A DNA stretch of 64,000 bases. Source: Candidatus Poribacteria bacterium. Lineage in GTDB: Bacteria; Poribacteria; WGA-4E; WGA-3G. The position numbers and the translations under genes were made by a program. Shown one piece after another: positions 21,809 through 30,872 of the stretch (positions are counted from its first letter, which is position 1; each line of letters starts with the position of its first letter). Where the stretch lies: positions 4,874,307-4,938,306 of the forward strand of contig OZ251998.1 in NCBI GenBank assembly GCA_965246985.1, written 5' to 3'. The notes beneath the pieces are model-generated. The model did no database searches. It had not been told where the DNA came from and worked only from the letters and a program-made list of their open reading frames with translations.

Positions 21809-22313
21809 TTACCTTCTTTCCGGCGATTTAAGAGGCATTACAAAAGCCAAACACTTTTCATCACGTTCCATCGGTTCTACGGCAAATCCCATAGAGAGTT
21901 TGAGGTGATGGTTTTCAGGGTGATTCTCACCACTGACGGATCTGAACTTGGTAGCAGCCAAACATCTTCGCTTGCTTGAGGGTATATTCCTGAAGTGCCC
22001 TGCCGATGCCTTGCCGTCGGTATCCTTCTTTCACGCCAAATGCGAGGATTTTCGCCTCTTTTAGCGTCTTGCCATGCATTTGAATAGGTGGATGATCGCG
22101 GTCGTTGGGACCAATGTCCCATATAACAAACATGAGGAATCCAACGATAGTCTCATCCTGTTTCGCAGCCAAAAAATAGCGTGAAAACTGCTCAAAATAC
22201 GGGTTAAATGCCCAGTCTGCCTGATTTACATCGTTGACGAGCGCGACAAATTTCTGCCAATCCGGATGGTCGGCTGTCAACTCTTCAATGGAAAAATGAT
22301 GTTGCGTGTTCAT
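21809..22313 (-). pseudogene. GNAT acetyltransferase with a frameshift near the C-terminus
   Basis: VKEGYRRQGIG motif; after GCYQV another frame continues RSVSGENHPENHHLKLSMGF... to a stop at 21809. Confidence 0.7.
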
Positions 22314-22402
22314 CCATTGGCCCGTTTTCAAATCGGTTATGTTCAATTGAACGCAGTCTTTAGGGACAACCACAAGGGAAAGAAACACCCAAGCAAAACC
22401 CC

Positions 22403-23176
22403 CTACTTTGAAATTTTTATTGTTCCCCAAGTGAGTGCCAATTTCTGGGTCGGTTCAACAGCAAGTCCTACCGCGTCAAGGTTCTGTTCAATCTCCGCTT
22501 GACTTAGACCGCGGTTGTAGAGGCGAAGTTCGTCAAGAAGACCGTTGAAAGGGAGCCCATCCGATTTTCTGGCACCCATCCAAAAATTCTCTCCGTTATG
22601 TTTGAGAACACCTTCAAATTTTTTCTCATTATCCACTTCACCATTGATATAAATAATGGCTACGGAACCGTCGTAAACGCCAGCGACGTGATGCCATTTA
22701 CCTACATCGGGCTGACCCACGCTGTGAAAGGGCCACGTCTCTAAGGCACCGTTCCAGAGATTGAAATCAACCCGAGTTTGGTCTGACCACGCAATCACAT
22801 AAGAATTACTTCCTGACCTTGACATGCCAGCGATAATCGCCCAGCCAGCTTTTTCAGGCTTTATCCACATCTCCAATGTCATTTGGTCGCCAATGTCGGT
22901 TAAATTCTCACTTGCTCCACAATCAACATGGCCCCCACTAAACTTGAGTGCCTCACCGACTTTACCGTTAACAACCTCAACATTTCCATCCATGGTTCCA
23001 TCGTTGTCACCAAAAATGTCTTTAACCGTTTTACCTTCAACCGAAGCCTTATTAAAGGACCAGTAACTCACCAGCCCATCGGTAATCGCTTGGCGTGCTT
23101 GTGCTGTGTTTGTAGCCATTAGAACAGTTGTTATAACGGCTAAAACAAATATTTGTCTCAGAGTTCTGTTAATCAT
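22403..23176 (-). CDS. Secreted LamG/concanavalin-like domain protein
   Basis: Signal peptide, GLVSYWSF, WHHVAGVYDG, DELRLYNRGLS. Confidence 0.9.
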   Translation of the reverse strand: MINRTLRQIFVLAVITTVLMATNTAQARQAITDGLVSYWSFNKASVEGKTVKDIFGDNDGTMDGNVEVVNGKVGEALKFSGGHVDCGASENLTDIGDQMTLEMWIKPEKAGWAIIAGMSRSGSNSYVIAWSDQTRVDFNLWNGALETWPFHSVGQPDVGKWHHVAGVYDGSVAIIYINGEVDNEKKFEGVLKHNGENFWMGARKSDGLPFNGLLDELRLYNRGLSQAEIEQNLDAVGLAVEPTQKLALTWGTIKISK

Positions 23177-23506
23177 TTTGTCCTCCTGTTTCGGAATATT
23201 GGGTGCCTTTCGGTAATATTAAATTAATGTGAGTTCGATATAAGCGTGTAGGTTAGAAGCCCGACACATCCTCACACGTGCAGCGTTGGATTGTTGGGTT
23301 TCGCTATGTCTATTTCTATGAATGGACCATTGAATAGCAGGATTTTCCTGATAGACTGGCGGGTTCTTGGTCATTCACGGCTTTACCCAACCTACGGAGA
23401 TACTTATAGTTTGTATCAAATGACCCCATGAGTTAAACTAATAGTATGAGTTATCATAACAAGTAGATGTATTTGCATCACCGATAATCTACTCATGGAG
23501 GTCGAT

Positions 23507-24395
23507 ATGACACGCCAGAAGGATACCGCCTACGGTATCAAACGACTCGAATCTAAGAATGCCAGAGCTGCTATTATTCAGAAGATTTCCTCAGACTTTA
23601 ATCTCATGCCTATCGTGGCTGAAGCCTACTATAAACAGATTTCTACCTACTTTGAGCAGCACGCCGATGTTCAACTGTCCTCAGGGCAAATTTGCTATGA
23701 GGCAGTCGCCGCCGAGGAACCCGCAGGCAAACACATTGCTTTAGCGAAAAAAGTTTCCTGTCGACTCAAGCTCAACGATGTCGAAGCCGACCTTGAAGTC
23801 TTAGGCACTTATGGGCTCGCAGGTCTCAGACGGCATCGGATCCTCCGATTGACCCAAGAAGCTTATGACCAAGATGCCTTGCTGAGTTATACCAAATTAA
23901 CCCCGTTTGTAGCGCGAGGTCCCTGTGCCTCGCAATGCTGACTTGATCAAAAAACTTCTAATCAAGTTAATTTGGTATTATGAGGATTTGGCGGTGTTAT
24001 TAACCACCAGTCCGGCTACCGTCAAACGCGACATCCGAGCGTTGAAGCAGTCCGGCTATTTCGTGATGACGCGCGGGGCGAAACACGACATGGGCCCGGG
24101 GCTGTCTCATAAGACGCAGATTCTCGAGTTGTATTTCAAAGCATACACCTTCACCGAGATTGAGCAAAAGACGAACCACTCCGAACGGGCTGTCTACCGC
24201 TACTTGAGAGACTTCACACAAGTCGCCACGCTCCATCATCAAGGCTTTCCTGACGCACAGATACGGCTCATCACTCACCTCTCTGACCGACTCATACGGG
24301 AGTATCTCTCGCTGTATAAGGAATACCAACACACCGATCGCATGACCCAGCTCCTTCACCCAGAGCCCGTGGAGAAAAAAAAGGAGGATCTCTGA
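23507..24395 (+). pseudogene. DUF1670 protein A, split by an 88-bp MITE
   Basis: GGAGG RBS; GQICY, RILRLTQEAYDQDALLS|YEDLAVLL, TRG..HDMGPG.SHK, HS..AV.RY; removing 91 bp restores the frame. Confidence 0.85.
23890..23977. mobile_element. 88-bp MITE with IS630-like ends
   Basis: TACCAAATTAAC / GTTAATTTGGTA; TTA duplication; near-identical copy at 40928-41016. Confidence 0.9.
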
Positions 24396-25279
24396 TGAGC
24401 AAACCTTTGACGCGCACGCAAATCAACGAGAAGAAGTTCAGACGCATCAACGATAAATCCCTACGACAGTTGCTGATCCATCGCTTTCTCAATGACTACG
24501 GTTATGACAAAGGCGAAGTCACGGCGACGGCTATTGTTGATGATATTCTTAAGACCGTTGAAGACTATTTCGTGATTACCCTTCCTTTGGAGAAACTCGC
24601 CACGGGTGACGCACTCCCGGAGGAGCGGCTCCTCAGTTATGGACATCTCGTTTGGATGGCTGTCCCAATTGAGGAACATCCACAAAGAGGAAAGTCCATC
24701 GTCAAAACCCGAATGAAACCTGTCATCCTGACATACCTCGCTGCAGAGGATATTGAATCGTTTCGCAATGGCTTTACCTCTCGGCAATTGCGGATCAATC
24801 GCTTGGTCCGCTGGTGTCATCAAGCTTATGACCAAGGTGCCTTATTGACCCAACTCGACTTGGCAGTTTTGCTCAATGTCTGTGATGCTGTCGTCAGTGA
24901 TTATGTCAATGAATGGCAAAAAACCACTGGAGAACTTTTGCCCACTCGTGGTAATATCCATGATTTATCGGGGGCCATTACCCACAAGAAAGAGATCATA
25001 ACCCTCTATCTTCAAGGACATCTCACCCCGAGTATTGCCGCGAAAACCAAACACTCTAAGGAGGCAGTTGACCGATACATTCGCGATTATGAGAGCGTCA
25101 AAGTCGTTCGCACCGCAACCCGAGATATTGACGAAATCTCACAGATCACCCGACTTTCTAAACGCGTCATCTCTCAATATCTCGACCTTATTCCCAAGCA
25201 GCACCTCCAAGCCATAGATGCAAACCTCGCCAATGCAGCTGCAAACGATAAAGCAACGCACCAAGGAGAAGCCCAATGA
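24395..25279 (+). CDS. DUF1670 protein B
   Basis: RLVRWCHQAYDQGALLTQLDLAVLL, PTRGNIHD, THK, HS..AVDRY; translationally coupled to gene A (TGATG). Confidence 0.85.
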   Translation: MSKPLTRTQINEKKFRRINDKSLRQLLIHRFLNDYGYDKGEVTATAIVDDILKTVEDYFVITLPLEKLATGDALPEERLLSYGHLVWMAVPIEEHPQRGKSIVKTRMKPVILTYLAAEDIESFRNGFTSRQLRINRLVRWCHQAYDQGALLTQLDLAVLLNVCDAVVSDYVNEWQKTTGELLPTRGNIHDLSGAITHKKEIITLYLQGHLTPSIAAKTKHSKEAVDRYIRDYESVKVVRTATRDIDEISQITRLSKRVISQYLDLIPKQHLQAIDANLANAAANDKATHQGEAQ

Positions 25280-25346
25280 TACCATAACCCCCTGTTCCCG
25301 ACGAACTTTACTTCGCAAAACCGGGGCAGGTGCCTTGAAAATACGC

Positions 25347-25376
25347 TTGACAGTCCGCTACCGGTTTTGCTATACT
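25347..25376 (+). promoter_or_regulatory. Sigma70-like promoter inside the element's 3' non-coding region
   Basis: TTGACA-18 bp-TATACT with extended -10 TG. Confidence 0.65.
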
Positions 25377-25382
25377 TTAGAC

Positions 25383-25495
25383 ATGTTGATCGCTCAGCGC
25401 ATCATTTCTCGAAGAAGATGCCAGCGAACCCAACTCAACCCGCTCATCAACGATGGCTGCGAAGCTAATAAACATCAGCATTCCAGCTATCCTAT
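25383..25495 (+). ncRNA. Candidate structured RNA of the DUF1670 element
   Basis: Directly downstream of the promoter; hand-foldable into two stem-loops with a 19-nt bulge; no convincing ORF or RBS. Confidence 0.4.
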
Positions 25496-25709
25496 GGTCA
25501 TTTGATACTATTTGTATTTTATTATCGAACTCACGTTAAATTACCACCTTTTTATAGACATAGTACTCCGCTGGAGTGCGGGCACTTTAACGCACAGGTT
25601 TCTATTCTCACTGCGAAGCAATAGCACTCCGCTGGAGTGGAAAAACAGACTGATAACCCTCCGTTGAATGTATAAAACTCGTTAGGTCGCAACTTGGGTT
25701 TCAATTAAC

Positions 25710-26087
25710 TTACTCATCATATTCTACAACAACATCATCACCATCAACCTTGACGGGATACGTTGCCACGCGCAATGTTTCATCAACGAGGCACTGTCCG
25801 GTTGCAATATCAAATGTCCACTGATGCCATGGACATCGTAGCACCTCACCCAAACTGTCAACAGAAGGCATTACACCTTGAATTGAAGGCGGTGCGTCGG
25901 CGGCGAACCTACCGGTCAGTTCACCTGTACATAGGGGTCCCCGCTTATGCGGACAAATGTTACGGACTGCGTAAAAGGTGCCGTCAACATTAAAGACCCC
26001 AATGCCTGCTTTACCACGAAATGGCACGATGATTTTGCGTTCTCCCGGTGGAATCTCCGACACCTTCCCGACGACGACCCGTGCCAT
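25710..26087 (-). CDS. Rieske [2Fe-2S] protein
   Basis: CPH...CPWH. Confidence 0.9.
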   Translation of the reverse strand: MARVVVGKVSEIPPGERKIIVPFRGKAGIGVFNVDGTFYAVRNICPHKRGPLCTGELTGRFAADAPPSIQGVMPSVDSLGEVLRCPWHQWTFDIATGQCLVDETLRVATYPVKVDGDDVVVEYDE

Positions 26088-26089
26088 GA

Positions 26090-27253
26090 CTACTTATCCT
26101 CCAGTCGAAGCATATCAAGCGCGTTTTTGGCAAAAATTCGGTGGTGTAAGTCTTCTGGAAGCTTAGGGAAAACCGTTACTGGATCGTTCCAGTCAAAATG
26201 TGGGAAGTCTGAGCAGAATATCAACGTCTCATCGGCGTGGAGCATCTCTAACATCTGGTACATCTGTTCCGGTTTTTCAGGTTCATGCATCGGCTGCGAA
26301 CCGATTCGGATATGTTCACGGAAGTATTCACTCGGTAGACGTTTGAGCCAAGGGGTCTGGTCGCGCAATGCCTTCCAGTCGGTATCGAGATGCCACATCA
26401 CCGGCACTGCCCACATCTGTTGTGCTTCAATAAGCGCGAACTTGAGTTTAGGAAACTTTTCAAATACGCCTTCGCAGATCAGAGAAGTCGCGTGTGTGCT
26501 GGCGACATAAGGTCGGCTCATCCGAGATTCCATGTAGTAGGTGGGATGCCCGACTGGGGTTGGAATTGTGCGGGTTGCACCGCCGCCACCGCCGATATGA
26601 GATACAACTGGGAGTCCGTGTTGTTCGCATGCTTCCCAAATAGGATGATAAAAACGGTTGCCGAAGGGACGGCTTGTCCCCATCGGGACCATAACAGCGA
26701 CGGTATCCTTCCGGTCTGCAAGTCTGTTAATTTCTTCTACGGCTTGGGGTGGGTCAGATGGAGAGACGAGAATCGCATTAACGACGCGTTCGTCGCGTTC
26801 CAGCCAATGTTCGATTGTCCAATCGTTAAAGGCACGGCAGAGTGCAGCCGCCCAATCGGGATCCGGTAACCCAGAATACCCATAGAATGGCGGCGGTCCC
26901 GTAAGCAAGGCGACATCAATATTCCAGACATCCAGATGCTCGTCTTGGAGGAACTCTAAAGTAAAGTTAAAATCTCTCGGATCGCCGCCGGAGTTCTTGG
27001 GAATCGATTCAATGGCTTCTTCGACCCTCCCTTTGAGATCAACACGGTTGCTCCGAATCGGGATGTTGGGATACCCACCGAGATGTAGCCCTTGGTCGAG
27101 GAGGTGCTCCTGATAGAATTTTGACAGGTAAGGCAACAGTTGTGTCGGGTGGCGAAAGTTGTGGTGAACATCACAATCAACGATTGCTATACCCTCTTTC
27201 GGTTTCGCAGTCCAACCTGGTGCGGTAACAGGGGTTGATCCAATTTGACGCAT
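26090..27253 (-). CDS. Amidohydrolase family 2
   Basis: DCDVH, GVFEKFPKL, SDFPHFD. Confidence 0.9.
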   Translation of the reverse strand: MRQIGSTPVTAPGWTAKPKEGIAIVDCDVHHNFRHPTQLLPYLSKFYQEHLLDQGLHLGGYPNIPIRSNRVDLKGRVEEAIESIPKNSGGDPRDFNFTLEFLQDEHLDVWNIDVALLTGPPPFYGYSGLPDPDWAAALCRAFNDWTIEHWLERDERVVNAILVSPSDPPQAVEEINRLADRKDTVAVMVPMGTSRPFGNRFYHPIWEACEQHGLPVVSHIGGGGGATRTIPTPVGHPTYYMESRMSRPYVASTHATSLICEGVFEKFPKLKFALIEAQQMWAVPVMWHLDTDWKALRDQTPWLKRLPSEYFREHIRIGSQPMHEPEKPEQMYQMLEMLHADETLIFCSDFPHFDWNDPVTVFPKLPEDLHHRIFAKNALDMLRLEDK

Positions 27254-27674
27254 GCGAACGCCTCCTTACTGACTGATGAGATAAAACGACTAAAGGGACA
27301 AACTTTGGAGGTGCCCCTGCTAACCGACAATTGTTAACTGCGGGTGGCACATAAATCATTAGCCCGCAAACTATAGTGAATCGTAAAAATAAAGAGACAC
27401 TTTCATCCCCCGGTAGGTTCGGTTTCCTAACCGAACCGGCACAGGGTGTCCTATTAATTCTAAACTTTACTATAATTGAAGATTAAAAATTTAATTCGGT
27501 AATTTCTTTGCGAAGCCCGGTGCGGTTAGGAATGCAGATCGCATTTGGGCGAATACGCCGCAAAACCGCACCTACCGGGCCTGGGGAAAACATAAAATTA
27601 CCGAAATATTTTCTGAAACTTCATACAGTTTGCGGTACGAAACCCACCCGAGTAACGAACCTCCTTCAGTTAAC

Positions 27675-28571
27675 TTAATGGCGATAAGCCTCGCCGATCA
27701 AATTATTGGCAGCACGAACGGGACGGAAAAGGGTCTGTCGCTTGGCAGGCATCTCTTCAAGCATTTTCGGATTCGGATCCCAATCGTGCCACTTGCTATT
27801 GACGGTGTTGTAACAACTGAAAATAGCGAGGCGGTCGTTTTCTTCATTCGTCCAAGTGTGCGTGCTATGTGTCAACGCCTCCGTGAAAAAGAGGAGCGAA
27901 CCGGCAGGACACTCATACGTATCCCAGATAGGCGAATCTTGACTTCGGATCGTTTCGGGTGCTGTGTAGACCGCCTTATGGCTCGCTGTAATAAATAGCG
28001 TGCCACCCTGTCGGTATTTGACGGGATTCAGCTCCCAAACGATGCGGGTTAGCCCGCTATAGCCTCTGCCGGGGATACAGCGATAGAGGTGTGAGTCACC
28101 GGGAAAACGGAGCATCCCGTTTCCGTTATGCGGTCCAAAGTTTCCGTCGCCGACAGTGCGGGAGAACAGGCTGCACGATTCCATCCTGAATCCGTAGCAA
28201 TCTTGGCTTGACAACGCCGGATGTGCGAGAAACTCGTTGAGAAAGCCGACGACATTCGGATGGTCGGCGAGGTGTTGCATGGGACCACCGAGCGGAGAAC
28301 GTTCATGCTCTGGAATTGACTCCGGTTCGTGGCGGAGTTTATACCCGAACTCTTGCATCTCAGCGAGTTCGTCACCTGACAGCACACCGGGGACTAAGAG
28401 CCAACCGCGCATGTCAAAGAGGTACTTCTGTTCCTGCGTCGGTGGAACAACAGGTATGCCGTCGGAGGTTGTTTCCGTAAGTTGGGCATTCTCAATGTCG
28501 AGTGCTGCTCCGAGGTTTTTATCAACAATAAACGGTTTTGTATGATCTGTGACTTGTGCCATAATAGACAT
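27675..28571 (-). CDS. Phytanoyl-CoA dioxygenase (PhyH)-like protein
   Basis: GGTLFITASHK, PAGSLLFFTEALTH. Confidence 0.8.
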   Translation of the reverse strand: MSIMAQVTDHTKPFIVDKNLGAALDIENAQLTETTSDGIPVVPPTQEQKYLFDMRGWLLVPGVLSGDELAEMQEFGYKLRHEPESIPEHERSPLGGPMQHLADHPNVVGFLNEFLAHPALSSQDCYGFRMESCSLFSRTVGDGNFGPHNGNGMLRFPGDSHLYRCIPGRGYSGLTRIVWELNPVKYRQGGTLFITASHKAVYTAPETIRSQDSPIWDTYECPAGSLLFFTEALTHSTHTWTNEENDRLAIFSCYNTVNSKWHDWDPNPKMLEEMPAKRQTLFRPVRAANNLIGEAYRH

Positions 28572-28658
28572 CCTTTGTATTGGCTATCGGCTATCAGCAA
28601 AGACACAAGCGTTACAGAAAGGTTTTTCTTTGCTGACTGCTGATGGCTATTCTTCTTC

Positions 28659-29864
28659 CTATGCGGTTTTGGCGCGTTTGAGTGCATCTTCAGAGACGCT
28701 TAAGGTCTTGGCAATATCCTCATCGGTATGGGACATGGACATGAACCAAATATGTCCTTCTGGTAGATATAAGCCGCCATCTAAGGTTGCTTCATAGAAG
28801 GTTTTGTGGAATCGCTGCTGTTTTTCGTCATCGCTATCGGTACTCAAACCGAAGTAAGGCATGGATCCGATACCGCCGATGCGGGCATTTTCGATACCGA
28901 GGCGTGCTGTCATCTCCCTATAGCCATCCAACAATTTCTGTCCCTGTTTCCACATAAAGGCGACACCGTCCTTTGCCTCAAGTTCCTCAATTGTGGCGAT
29001 CGCAGCGGCGACGAGTGATACCTCTCCATGGAAGGTAGCGGCAACCCAGACATCACCGACCTCATCCATGATTTCTTCTTTTCCGACGACGACCGCAGTA
29101 GCAAATCCGTTAGCGAGTGCTTTGCCAAAGACAGACATGTCGGGTGTGACACCGAAATATTCTTGTGCACCACCCAAAGAATAACGGAACCCGGTTTTGA
29201 CTTCATCAAAAATCATCAATGCACCGTTGGTATTGACGAGTGCTTTGGCTTCTTCAAGATACCCGTCTTTAGGCAGGTCTTGTCCGGAAGGTTCCATAAT
29301 CAAGCAGGCGATCTCACCTGGGTGTGCTTTAAAGAGGTCGGCGAGTTCATCAAGATCGTTGAAACCGACACTGAGTGTAGCAGCGGCTGCGTCTGAGAGG
29401 TGTCCACGTGCGTGGCTACACCAATCGTGCCATCCGTGATAGCCACACCGAATGATTTTTTCTCTATCGGTATAAGCGCGAGCGAATTTAATTGCGCCGG
29501 TCGTTGCATCCGATCCACCGACAAAATAAGCAACTCTGTCCGCCGAAGGGATAATCTGAACTAACTTTTCGGCGAGTTCTACTTCAAGTGTATGCCCGAA
29601 ATTATAGACATTACCACGTTCAACGAGGTATTTCGTGACAGTATCAATCACAGTGGGATAGGCGTGTCCAAGTATCATGGGTCCATATCCCATGAGATAG
29701 TCGATATAGTCGTTGCCATCAGCATCCCAAAAATGTGCGCCTTTCGCGCCTTCGATCATAACAGGTCTCGGTGGTTGGCTCTGTTTGTGGGGTTGCCCAC
29801 CGCCGACTAATGCTGCTTTCGCGCGTTCTTTCCACGCGAGTGATTTTTCAAAACTTCGTCCCAT
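28659..29864 (-). CDS. Class III PLP aminotransferase (GSA aminomutase-like)
   Basis: WDADGNDYIDY, YHGWHD, FDEVKTGFR, FGKALANG. Confidence 0.9.
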   Translation of the reverse strand: MGRSFEKSLAWKERAKAALVGGGQPHKQSQPPRPVMIEGAKGAHFWDADGNDYIDYLMGYGPMILGHAYPTVIDTVTKYLVERGNVYNFGHTLEVELAEKLVQIIPSADRVAYFVGGSDATTGAIKFARAYTDREKIIRCGYHGWHDWCSHARGHLSDAAAATLSVGFNDLDELADLFKAHPGEIACLIMEPSGQDLPKDGYLEEAKALVNTNGALMIFDEVKTGFRYSLGGAQEYFGVTPDMSVFGKALANGFATAVVVGKEEIMDEVGDVWVAATFHGEVSLVAAAIATIEELEAKDGVAFMWKQGQKLLDGYREMTARLGIENARIGGIGSMPYFGLSTDSDDEKQQRFHKTFYEATLDGGLYLPEGHIWFMSMSHTDEDIAKTLSVSEDALKRAKTA

Positions 29865-30872
29865 CCAGAAACCTCCAATTTGGGTATACAATGCGTTAGG
29901 ATCCGCTTAATTTCAATTATTTTAGCACAATTATGGATTTGATGGGAGAATTTGTTGAAAAAATGTCCGATGCTGTGAAGGAATACACACAAAAGAAACC
30001 AGTTGTCAAGTGGTTGGGAAGGCTATGGCAGGGCTATTCAGTTTTCCAATTTCTCATTGGATGAGTTTAACTGCGAGTAAAGGTTTTGAAGCGAGAAATC
30101 GTATTGTTTCAGAGATTTTTGTGTGTCCTGCGAAGCGTAAAACAGACATGGCAGTGTTGCGTAATGCTGCGATGACTTGTGGTATACTCCCGGTTCTCGC
30201 CTGTGAAGCGTCCTCCCCGAGAACGGTGTCTCGGACCCAATGGACTTTGTTTTCTATCGTCCAATGTTCGCGTCGGAGTTTGAGCAAGTCTTCTGCGGAT
30301 GCGACTTCGGGTGAGAGACTCGTGATGCCATACTGCGTCTGCGAGGAGATCTGGGCTGTTTTTGTGTTTTCTCGCTGAGATTGGTATTGATAAACCTGAG
30401 CGATTCCGGGCCATTTGATGTAATCTGTGAGCAATGTGCTTGCGGTTAGGGTGCGTGTGGTGGTCAACCCGTGTGATGTTTCAACATGGGTGTAGGTATG
30501 AAGGTGTGCGCCTTCTTGGGTGTGAAGGTTTTCAAAGCGTCGGGTCTCAACCTCTGTGGCATCTGTCTCCGAGAGGGGTTCAAAGAGTTGCTGAATGTCG
30601 TCATACATCTGTTTGTGATTTTCTTTGACAGGCAGCGCATAGTCTGCCTGATGTTCGAGAACTTCTTTACAAAAGGTTCTCTGCGTCAAAAGGGCATCTG
30701 TCGTCACGACTTTCTCTGCGACATCAAACGCTTTGAGGAGTTGTGTTGAGATCGGAATCTCGTTGGTTTTCCCACTGACAGGCTGTTGTGCGAGGGTAAT
30801 CCCTAACTCATGACAGACTGCGGAAAGTAAATGTGTCCGGTATCCCGTCTCTGGGTTTTCAGAGCCACATAA

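Larger units (their letters stand above)
23413..25508 (+). mobile_element. Putative novel DUF1670-pair mobile element
   Basis: Perfect 13-bp inverted ends GTATCAAATGACC (23413-23425) / GGTCATTTGATAC (25496-25508); TTTGTAT at both junctions; contains only two DUF1670 genes and a non-coding 3' region. Confidence 0.75.
23226..25537. mobile_element. Outer MITE (~211 bp when empty) hosting the DUF1670 element
   Basis: Ends AATGTGAGTTCGATA / TATCGAACTCACGTT; AAATT duplicated at 23221-23225 and 25538-25542; same end family as 8376-8528. Confidence 0.8.

Noticed and set aside
25218-25505. 95-aa ORF after DUF1670 B
   Set aside because: It overlaps gene B, has no RBS or recognisable motif, and spans a promoter and hairpins; treated as non-coding.
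23226-25537. Single transposon defined by the outer AAYGTGAG ends carrying DUF1670 as cargo
   Set aside because: The inner 13-bp inverted ends and regeneration of a normal-sized MITE favour a nested insertion, though this reading is not fully excluded.
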